Assembly: GCF_902459465.1 (NCBI RefSeq)
Contig: NC_047070.1
Span: 13,392,001-13,456,000 of the forward strand
DNA: 64,000 bases
DNA from: Asterias rubens
Taxonomy: Eukaryota
Reading direction: 5' to 3'
The notes under the pieces were generated by a model. It was not told the origin of the DNA, made no database searches, and was given only the letters and a program-made list of their open reading frames with translations. Positions 50,801 to 62,800 of this stretch are shown here, in pieces (the first letter of the stretch is position 1; each line of letters begins with the position of its first letter). The position numbers were made by a program, and so were the translations under genes.

Positions 50801-53800
50801 GATATATGCAGTGTGGGAACTAGATGAGATCTTACCCTGAGTAATGTCTTCTGGTAGAGATGAACCAAGTTCTTACTTGATAAGCTGTGAAGCTGCAGCA
50901 TGGTCAATACCACCTCCTTATCAAACAATAACATCAATACAGAAAAGGCTCATTATTTTAATCATAACATTATTAATAGTAGACTGCATCAGTCTAGCAT
51001 GTACTCCAACATGTGGTCTCAAAAATGTTTGAATAAACCCATGACCTCCACAGTTTATGAAGCTGTTTAATAAAAGACAACGTTTTATATAGGATTTGAG
51101 GCATTGCATGGTGAGGTATCAATATATGTATCAATATATGTTTGGTTTGCGGGAACAAAATGTGTGTATCTACTTGCCATGTAGAGTTTCTTCTTTAGAG
51201 AACTGTCTTGCTTTATTCTACTACCCCAGAGTAGATTATCGGATGTTCGGGGGCTTCTCAGTTCTTAAAGGAAATGTCGAAGAACTATCCTGCTTACTAA
51301 CTACTACCCGGGCGGAAGGTATAGAAACATGGCTGGGACTACTACTTTAGCTTATAAGATCGTAAATAACTGTACTACCGCGGAGTCAGTTCTTGAATTG
51401 GTCTCAATGTTTCAACTAGCTTGCTCTAGTCATCGTCAGGAGACTGAAGAGTATTTTTGTTAAACCTTGGCTTCCCAACAGTATTGCTTTATTGTGTGAA
51501 ATAAAACAAACCGGGAACTGAACATGTCTCAACATTGGAAAATCTACAAGTACGAGTATGAGCTGACGAGTATGGCAAGCCCCTACTCTATAACACCAAC
51601 TGCTACAAGAAGCTGTGGGGCAAATGTCAAACCAAATCAGACACGTCTGTATTCAGTTTTATTCCAGGGGGCTCTAGCACAATTTGTCAAAACATGATGA
51701 AAGGTACATTTAAATTACAAGTTCATTTATATTGAATGATAATTTAACTTACAGCTGGTTTGACAAGCTGATCTATTTCAAGCCCCTCACCCCTGGCATG
51801 AAGAAACTCAATCAGATGCTGCAAAAACACAACATGCAATAATAATAAATGGAACAAATAAACATAACAGAACAATGTCTAAAAAACTGTATGTACTAAA
51901 ATACTATGAAAATAAAATGTAAAGAAAATAAGAGTGCTTACCAACCAAAGAGCACACATTGTGCAAACGCAAATATAAGTTAACATCAGGCCAATAACAG
52001 GGTTTTTTTCTGAGAAAAATACCATTATAGTATTTTTCTCAGAAAAAAAACAGTCAAACATCAAATACATATCAACATACATAGCAAGTATTTAAAGACA
52101 CTAGAAACTATTGGTAATTGTCAAAGACCAGTCTTCTCACTTGGTGTATCTAAATATATGCATAAAATATAAAACCTGTGAAAATTTAAGCTCAATTGGT
52201 CATCGAAGTTGCGAGATAATAATAAAAGAAAAAAACACCCTTGTCACACGAAGTTGTGTGCTTTTAGATGGTTGATTTCGAGACCTCAAATCTAAGTCTG
52301 AGGTCTCAAAATCAAATTCGTGGAAAATTATGTCTTTCTCGAAAACTATATTACTTCAGAGGGAGCCGTTTCTCACACTGTTTTATACAATCAACCTCTA
52401 CCCATTACTCGTTACCAAGAAAGGTTTTATGCTAATAATTATTTTGAGTAATTACCAAAAGTATCCACTGCTTTTAAAAACATAAACAAAAACCCTAACC
52501 AGAGAGCCAAAAAGCAAACAAGCGAATCTGGAAGTTGGAACTATCCAAACAAAAAGCATCACAATATACAGGCATGCAACTGTCCGTTGAGGACAATTTT
52601 CAAAGGCACAACGCAAGTGCGGAGCGAGGCAGCAGAAACGCCACGGGACATGATACCCACAATGGTACCCTAGAAAATGTTAATGCCAGGCATAAATTAG
52701 GCTAAATATAAAGTAAAAAAACGTGGAACTCCGCGGAAACGCGGAAGAGTTGCATGCCTGAATATAATTCCGTGAAAGTGTTATAAAAGAGGTATTCAAT
52801 CAAGTATCCAATGTGCAAAATAAAGAAAACGAAGTTTGAGAAAGCTTGTAGGGACCTACCGCTATGGACTGCGATAAAAGCAATGCGTGCCTGTCAGCCT
52901 TCTCCTCCAGTAGCTTCAAGCCCTCTACCTCAAGCTCAAAATCTGCCACTAGACGTAGCCACAGATTCTCCATGAATAGAGTCAGGCAAGGTGGCGTTAA
53001 CCAACTACCAAGGGCCTTCCAGTGATCAAACAGACATGAGGTCAGAGGTTGGAGTCTGTCTGCTATGGTCAGACTGTCAAAGTCTGGAGATAGCAGTACA
53101 TACAGGGCTTGCTGGAGCACTTGGTTTAGCTGCAATGGAAGGATAAATACAAGAAATGAAGATCAAGATAGTGCAACATCCCAGGGCCTTCCAGTGATCA
53201 AACAGACATGAGGTCAGAGGTTGGAGTCTGTCTGCTATGGTCAGACTGTCAAAGTCTGGAGATAGTAGTACACACAGGGCTTGCTGGAGCACTTGGTTTA
53301 GCTGCAATGGAAGGATAAATACAAGAAATGAAGATCAAGATAGTGCAACATCCCAGGGCCTTCCAGTGATCAAACAGACATGAGGTCAGAGGTTGGAGTC
53401 TGTCTGCGATGGTCAGACTGTCAAAGTCTGGAGATAGTAGTACACACAGGGCTTGCTGGAGCACTTGGTTTAGCTGCAATGGAAGGATAAATACAAGAAA
53501 TGAAGATCAAGATAATGCAACATCCCAGGGCCTTCCAGTGATCAAACAGACATGAGGTCAGAGGTTGGAGTCTGTCTGCGATGGTCAGACTGTCAAAGTC
53601 TGGAGATAGCAGTACATACAGGGCTTGCTGGAGCACTTGGTTTAGCTGCAATGGAAGGATAAATACAAGAAATGAAGATCAAGATAGTGCAACATCCCAG
53701 GGCCTTCCAGTGATCAAACAGACATGAGGTCAGAGGTTGGAGTCTGTCTGCTATGGTCAGACTGTCAAAGTCTGGAGATAGCAGTACATACAGGGCTTGC

Positions 53801-56800
53801 TGGAGCACTTGGTTTAGCTGCAATGGAAGGATAAATACAAGAAATGAAGATCAAGATAGTGCAACATCCCAGGGCCTTCCAGTGATCAAACAGACATGAG
53901 GTCAGAGGTTGGAGTCCAGACTGTCAAAGTCTGGAGATAGCAGTACACACAGGGCTTGCTGGAGCACTTGGTTTAGCTGCAATGGAAGGATAAATACAAG
54001 AAATGAAGATCAAGATAGTGCAACATCCAAGGGCCTTCCAGTGATCAAACAGACATGAGGTCAGAGGTTGGAGTCTGTCTGCTATGGTCAGACTGTCAAA
54101 GTCTGGAGATAGTAGTACACACAGGGCTTGCTGGAGCACTTGGTTTAGCTGCAATGGAAGGATAAATACAAGAAATGAAGATCAACATAGTGCAACATCC
54201 AAGGGCCTTCCAGTGATCAAACAGACATGAGGTCAGAGGTTGGAGTCTGTCTGCTATGGTCAGACTGTCAAAGTCTGGAGATAGTAGTACACACAGGGCT
54301 TGCTGGAGCACTTGGTTTAGCTGCAATGGAAGGATAAATACAAGAAATGAAGATCAAGATAGTGCAACATCCAAGGGCCTTCCAGTGATCAAACAGACAT
54401 GAGGTCAGAGGTTGGAGTCTGTCTGCTATGGTCAGACTGTCAAAGTCTGGAGATAGTAGTACACACAGGGCTTGCTGGAGCACTTGGTTTAGCTGCAATG
54501 GAAGGATAAATACAAGAAATGAAGATCAAGATAGTGCAACATCCAAGGGCCTTCCAGTGATCAAACAGACATGAGGTCAGAGGTTGGAGTCTGTCTGCTA
54601 TGGTCAGACTGTCAAAGTCTGGAGATAGTAGTACACACAGGGCTTGCTGGAGCACTTGGTTTAGCTGCAATGGAAGGATAAATACAAGAAATGAAGATCA
54701 AGATAGTGCAACATCCAAGGGCCTTCCAGTGATCAAACAGACATGAGGTCAGAGGTTGGAGTCTGTCTGCTATGGTCAGACTGTCAAAGTCTGGAGATAG
54801 TAGTACACACAGGGCTTGCTGGAGCACTTGGTTTAGCTGCAATGGAAGGATAAATACAAGAAATGAAGATCAAGATAGTGCAACATCCAAGGGCCTTCCA
54901 GTGATCAAACAGACATGAGGTCAGAGGTTGGAGTCTGTCTGCTATGGTCAGACTGTCAAAGTCTGGAGATAGTAGTACACACAGGGCTTGCTGGAGCACT
55001 TGGTTTAGCTGCAATGGAAGGATAAATACAAGAAATGAAGATCAAGATAGTGCAACATCCAAGGGCCTTCCAGTGATCAAACAGACATGAGGTCAGAGGT
55101 TGGAGTCTGTCTGCTATGGTCAGACTGTCAAAGTCTGGAGATAGCAGTACATACAGGGCTTGCTGGAGCACTTGGTTTAGCTGCAATGGAAGGATAAACA
55201 CACGAAATGAAGATCAAGATAATGCAACATCCCAGGGCCTTCCAGTGATCAAACAGACATGAGGTCAGAGGTTGGAGTCTGTCTGCTATGGTCAGACTGT
55301 CAAAGTCTGGAGATAGTAGTACACACAGGGCTTGCTGGAGCACTTGGTTTAGCTGCAATGGAAGGATAAATACAAGAAATGAAGATCAAGATAATGCAAC
55401 ATCCCAGGGCCTTCCAGTGATCAAACAGACATGAGGTCAGAGGTTGGAGTCTGTCTGCTATGGTCAGACTGTCAAAGTCTGGAGATAGCAGTACATACAG
55501 GGCTTGCTGGAGCACTTGGTTTAGCTGCAATGGAAGGATAAATACAAGAAATGAAGATCAAGATAATGCAACATCCCAGGGCCTTCCAGTGATCAAACAG
55601 ACATGAGGTCAGAGGTTGGAGTCTGTCTGCTATGGTCAGACTGTCAAAGTCTGGAGATAGCAGTACACACAGGGCTTGCTGGAGCACTTGGTTTAGCTGC
55701 AATGGAAGGATAAATACAAGAAATGAAGATCAAGATAATGCAACATCCCAGGGCCTTCCAGTGATCAAACAGACATGAGGTCAGAGGTTGGAGTCTGTCT
55801 GCTATGGTCAGACTGTCAAAGTCTGGAGATAGCAGTACACACAGGGCTTGCTGGAGCACTTGGTTTAGCTGCAATGGAAGGATAAATACAAGAAATGAAG
55901 ATCAAGATAATGCAACATCCCAGGGCCTTCCAGTGATCAAACAGACATGAGGTCAGAGGTTGGAGTCTGTCTGCTATGGTCAGACTGTCAAAGTCTGGAG
56001 ATAGCAGTACATACAGGGCTTGCTGGAGCACTTGGTTTAGCTGCAATGGAAGGATAAATACAAGAAATGAAGATCAAGATAATGCAACATCCAAGGGCCT
56101 TCCAGTGATCAAACAGACATGAGGTTAGAGGTTGGAGTCTGTCTGCTATGGTCAGACTGTCAAAGTCTGGAGATAGCAGTACATACAGGGCTTGCTGGAG
56201 CACTTGGTTTAGCTGCAATGGAAGGATAAATACAAGAAATGAAACTCATGCTCATAGTATGCATGCCAGGTTCCTAATGTACACAAGGACAATGATAGTT
56301 ACAACACCTATTTCATGTAAAGGGTCCAAACATTTTCTTTTCACAAACAGTGCAAGAAAAAGAGGGTGACAAAGCAGAAGATGGAGAGATGAATTAGGCA
56401 CATACAGGGGCATTGCTTGGCAACAAAGAGTGCAGGATAGAATGAGATGGAGAATTGGTGAAGAGGCTCTCCTCCTGCAGTGGAGTGAAACATGCTAAAC
56501 GATGACACAGTCATTTTGGCAAAATCTTTTATGGTGAGCATAATTTGATATTTCAGTTAACTTTTGCGCATAAGTAGCTCTAAACTCTAATACTGTCCAC
56601 TGTGTTTGAAGGAAAGAAAAGATTAGTTTGTCAACTTAATCTTTATGAACACTGCCCCTGATTTCACGAAGCGCTGCGACGTTAGGTGTGCCAGGCATCG
56701 CAAACCCTACGATGCATTGCTTCTTGCGATGAGTTTGATGAAATCGGGGGCTGGACGTATAACACCAACAAGAGCTAGCCTATACGACTGTACCTTGTAT

Positions 56801-59800
56801 GTAAGTAGGTTGATCTGAGCCTGTAAGGCACTGTTGAGGTAATCTAGATGATCCCCTTCAGCAAGACTAGATGTGTCTATATCCAAATGCTCCATAGGGG
56901 CATCGTAGATTCCATTCTGCTGCTGGTCTTCAATAGACTGGCTGGCAGAGAGGCGACGGCCTTTAAGTCCTAAAAATTAACAATGTCTAGATCTTGACTA
57001 ATATTCTCATGGAAATCCAGCAAATAAACAATGTCTAGATCTTGACTAATATTCTCATGGAAATTCAGCAAATAAACAATGTCTAGATCTTGACTAATAT
57101 TCTCATGGAAATCCAGCAAATACATTTATTTTGCCTCTCTCAAAATGACTAATTCTCATAACTAATTCTCAAAACTAAGATACTATTTATGCCTCATTTT
57201 AAGATTCTATATTAATTTATCCAATCATATTTTGTTCAAATCGATTAAAAACAACATGATATCCTTAATCTGGCGTACAAAATGATATTTAAAATCCAAG
57301 AATTTCACCATTAGGTGTTTTTATGTTTTTGCATCAGCATCTGCCATAACTACGCCTACTTACTGCCGCTTGGACTGAGGCCTTAGTTACCACTAGAATC
57401 ATATGTCTAAAGAGCGATTCATACTTCATGCGAATGCGAATCGAATTTGATGTGAATTTGTCATCACAACTCTCCTTTCGCAGCGATATTCACAAGTGAG
57501 TTGGGCAGAGTTGAACTGCTGCAAATCATTTGTTGCGAATTTGTGACGTTAACATTCACTTCACATTCGCATTCGCAGGAAGTATGAACCGAGCTTAATG
57601 GCAAGCTTTGATGGTAATACATTGACAGACAGCGGGAAAGACTTACGAGACTGCAGCATTCTAGACAGCTCTGGTAAGAGGCAAATGATGCTCCACATAT
57701 TGTTGATTCTAATGCACATCTACAAGTTAGAGAAACAACATTAATTGATAACAGAGACAACATTTGATGACAAGACTAATGTAAAGTAGCCTTAATAGGA
57801 AGACGGGGTAAGAGTGACTAAATTCACCTAATGTATATGTATGGCAAGGAAGAGGGGAGATGATTGTAGTCAACTTTCCTATTGGTGAAGGGTGAAACAT
57901 AAAATAATTAAGCAGGTAACCATTCACAAACAGAATGGTATTTGAGCTGGTAACCTTGTCTGGTGAGCAAAATCGTTCTGTGCACCAAGCTTAAAATTGT
58001 CATGCCTAAAAGCAGTGGACACTATTGGTAATTACTCGAAATAATTGTTAGCATAAAAACTTACTTGGTAATGAGTAATGGACAGAGGTTGATAGTACAA
58101 AACATTGTGAGAAAGGGCTCCCTCTGAAGTGACATAGTTTTTGAGAAAGAAGCAATTTCTTACTCAAATAATAAAAGACTTCAGCTGAAGCCTTTTATTA
58201 TGCATACTGAAAGCACACAGAGTAATGTTTTTTTTCTTCTTTCATTATTCTCTTGCAAATTGATGACTAATTGAGCCCAAATTTATGCAAGATGGGATAT
58301 ACCAAGTGAGAATACTGGTCTTTGACAACTACCAAACGAGTCAAGTGCCTTTAAGCAGCTATGACCAAGATGTATTACCAATATGTAGATGTTTGAGATA
58401 AATATAGAGAATGCATAATGCATACCTGTGATGTTATAGGTTCATGCTTGTCACATAGTAGGGCGGTATCTTTGTTCATGTAGTAATCACATGGAATGTT
58501 ACTCTCTCGTTCATGTCTGCAGCGACTTAGCATCGCCTCTTCACGACTTACTAGAACTCCAGAGATAACCTGCTCAGAAATCAAATAACAATTGGCAAAA
58601 AACTTTAAGTTATGTTCCCATTGTGTTATTTAATTAAAATAACACTTTTGTAAACCAGGGCACACTTTCATAGAGCTGCTTACGCAGAAAATATATTGCT
58701 TTACATTTTTCTGCTATGCAGACGTGAGCAGGACACCAGTCACAAATTACACATGTGGCATGGTAGTTTGGCTGATAACCCTCATTTTAGTGTGCTTAGC
58801 TACATTTAGTGCTTAAGCAGCTTTATGAATTTTGACCCAGGCCAACAGAATCAACTAAAAAGACATGTACGGACAATTTGCCCATACATGTACATTTGAC
58901 TCTTTCGTCTAACGCATCAATGTACCACAAATACCCAAATTTCACACAAGGACCTTTCAAGGTCGCCATTAGTGAGTCCTTTTATATTTGCTTGTGTAAT
59001 GAACTGTTAAACGCCTTGTGTACATAAATTTATGTTTAACATGTACCATCTCATCAAATGTGTGTTTTGTGATGTAATTTTGTAGTACACATGTGTCACT
59101 TGGTATGCATTGAGACACAGAAAGGTTGAGTTCAGAGTTCCATTTCCATGTACATGTATTTAAGCTACCAGCTACCTTCACGTTAATCATGTTAATATAC
59201 TTCTATCTGTGCATTCAGCACAAAGTCATCCAATGAAATCATTCAATTTGTCAATAAACCCTGTCTTTAACCTTGAAGGGTTAACACAGTGTACTGTTAC
59301 CGTTAGAGGTTTTGCAAGTCTACGAATACACATACAGATACCTCGACACTTTGTGTGTTCACATGACGCGTATCCGACTATCGTATTTTGCACAATCGTT
59401 AGCAACGGATACAGGAGCTCATATACGTCGTAAAAAACGGATATTGTTTTGCAGCCTTTTACTTGTCTTTTTGTCCCAGATCAAACACATTTCCCATGGA
59501 ATTGCTTTCACTGGTATCGTGCTTGATATAAATACAAAATTGGTAGTCATTTGCAAGCAAAACGATGAGAAAATGCAGTATATAAAACGTGGGGTCTTTA
59601 TCGGTCATGCTTGTCGAGAAGAACAGTCATGATGAATGCGAGCACACTCCAGTAACACATACCTATATTTTGCGAAAACCAAAATCCACCAAGCGGCTGA
59701 TGTAAACGGATACAGTGATCATATCCGTATCTGTACCCGCACACTTGCGTAACCTCTCTTATATTTCTAATTGAACCATTACCTGAGAATCAACTAAGGA

Positions 59801-62800
59801 GTCAATGTTGTCCTTTTCAACAGCACATAAATCCATGGCAAGAAGATTGTTTGCATATAAACAAAGCACCTTGATGATAGCCTAGAAGACAAAGGTAAAC
59901 AACAACATAAATAAAAATAAACAAAAAGAATACCATAGTTGACATATTGATGCCATGCTACTTCGGAACCAGATGTCTATATTAAAAGGTTAAGAAAACA
60001 CGAGTGGTTCATCATGATTATTATGGTTTCCAGCTTAATCTATTTTCTTGTTTGAAATTTAAATTATACCCAGGGGTAAACATGTAAATGGGTACCTGCG
60101 AGGGTAGAGGTTGATAATGTGAATGAAAAAGCCTTCGAGGCGCCACAGCAGCTCGGGGCTGTATACTCCCTATTGGGAGCTGAGAAAGATTAAATGGATG
60201 TTATTGGCCCAATGACCAGGGCACTAATGTAAAGCGCATTGATACGGTTAATTGTGAAATGCGCTATATTATTGTTATTATAGAAAATATTTTAACAGTC
60301 CTGTCCCAATTTTTGTACGGGTAGAGAAAGACAAAACAAATTTGGTATTTATCATTTGGTTCTCTAGAATCCCTTAATGCGCAAGCTGGAGATTTTGCAT
60401 ATACCATTTGAAGGTCTTCTCAAAAATCTGTCCTTAACAAATTAGAGGTGTCTATTGTTAGGCCGTGTCTAAATTGGTGACTTTGGCTACAGCTACGGCT
60501 AGATCAGCGTGTCTGTCAGTGTTGAAGAATAGCAGACGCGCGCACCCTAGCCGTAGCCGAAGTCGCCAATTCGGACACGGCCTAAAAGTATCATTTATAG
60601 TATTGCTTGGGCCTATCAAACCACAGTCATGTCAGTGGAGGTATCAACAAAGTAGGCATACAACTCTGTAGCTGCAAAGCATCATGTGTATTGACCTGTA
60701 GATGCTGATAGACACACTACATGTATCTTTAGTCTTTGAGAATACCCTGTGCTTATAGGGGTTCAACTCCAAGATACCGCTTGATTCATTCAATTCTACC
60801 CTGACGCATACAAAACAAAACCACATTAGGCTGTTTTCTTGCCTTAGTTTGTTTTAAAGCAGGTTTTTGCTGGGTACACAAAGTTCCACAATAGCTGCGG
60901 AACACTATAGACAGAGCCATGTATAGAAAGAGTTGTGACTGAAAACAAAGTATCCCCTGCTAAATGTGCATAATTACTGTTTCCTTGATGTACAGGTATG
61001 GTCAGAAATGTAGTAAATTGAGTTTGCGTTATACTAACAATGGTTTCAAGGTTTAGTTACTGTGTCAAACGTCCAAAGTGAATACCATGCTTTTAAGAAT
61101 AATTGTATCATTATGACAATAGACCGATCCAGTAGGCTCCGCCCACAACGCACGTGTGAGCAAGAACACGTGGGGCTCTCCAATGCCTTTCTACACAACT
61201 CTGCCGCGCGCGCCAAGATACGCGCACGCCTGTCGGACCTTAGTGTCGGACCTTCGTTGCGTTGTGATTGGTTAATACGCAATGGGGCGGAGCTTAATGA
61301 ATCGGTCTATTAAACTCACCTCTTCAGTAACTTCTTTCAGTTCCACTTTCATGACTCTCATTCTCTCTGCAAATGTCCTATAATTCAATGATGCAGTGAA
61401 GTCTCCGTCAGGACCCAAAGGTAAATTAACATCCGACGGACATAGAATCCCTATCAGTTTCTGCATGAAGCCAATGATCCGCTGCGATATGAACATGACA
61501 TCCACCATACTAGAGGAGAACCGGTCTGGATGCTTGCTCTTTGACTTTGAGTACTGTGTGTGATCTGACTGAAAGGATACGGATGCCCCACGAGATCGGA
61601 GCTGATCCGTCATCGAGGGGAGTGGGTTGGAGGAGGTGGATGTGGATGTGACTGATGAGGACCGGATGCTGGATGAAGTGTTGGAAGATGGCATTGAGGT
61701 TGTCAAGCCTGTTGCTTCTGGTCTGGGTGCTTCCTCTACTGTAGATGAAGTTATAGAAGATTCACCAAGGGCAGTATTGACATTGTCCAAAGTTAACTCA
61801 ACAGGCCGAGTGGTCCTGACTGGAGCAATATCACATTCATCATGTGAATCTGTCTCTGGAAGGTGAGTAGAGTCCGTTTCTTTGATATCTTCAGTACTGT
61901 TATTGTTATCATCTTCACATGTCAAGTCATTCTTTGTGAGTGGTGTTTGTGTAGTGGAGCTTTCCAAGTCCATGGAACTGTTTATGTCCTCTGCAGTGCT
62001 GATTTGAAGATCTGATCTTCCAATATCAATTTGCTTTGGTTTTACTACACCTTCCTGCATGGAGCTAGTCTCCAGAGGTACGTTCGTCTCCAAGGATATC
62101 TTGTTATCAGAGTTTGTCAAACGCTGTATAGTACTCTCCTCTGTCTGAAATGAGTCTGTCTCTATTTTCAGGTCTATGCTACTTGCATGTTCATGTTGAG
62201 GCACTTTGGCAGTAAAGCTTACCACACCTGAGCCTGCCTCGTCAATTCTAATATCTGAGGATGACGTGACCAAAGGGTGAAAGTCGGCTGATGTTGCATT
62301 TCTTCGAAGCAAGACCACAAAATCTTCAGTCTTTTGGGGCTTTATCTCTGGCATTGACTGGATTCTTTTTATGCTTCCACTTCCATTGAAATATAAAGCG
62401 GTACCTTTGTACAAAGAATAACAATAACGATTATAAACCCACCTCAGATCCTCAAAAATCCATCTTGAGGTATTACTTGAATTGGATGGATCTGGTACTC
62501 TATCCCCAAGTCTACAAAATGTTCTAGAAGCAGGCATGCAGCCACATCAACCAAATATGACCATGGGGCACCGCAAGAGATCAAAAGTGCTTGATTTTTC
62601 ACGAGGGAGGAAAACCGGATGGTCTGGAAAACCCTCGTGGCACATTAGAGAACTAACTCACAACTCAACTCACATATGGCCTTTGCCGGGTATCAAACTA
62701 AGGTCACCTTGGTGAGAGGCGGAGCGCTTTACTTAACTGTCCAATGCGGGGCCAGGCATACCAATCTCATAGGGGGTCCAAACATTTGGGTGCTTAGTTA

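Noticed and set aside
53077-56218. Eighteen 76-aa ORFs as tandem small genes or alternative cassette exons
   Set aside because: Each is a partial exon copy without its own proper donor, starts at a non-ATG intronic codon, and runs out of frame into the next unit
62405-62537. 5' part of the 421-aa ORF as coding
   Set aside because: A better acceptor at 62405 matches the phase of the upstream exon; the extension is likely open intron
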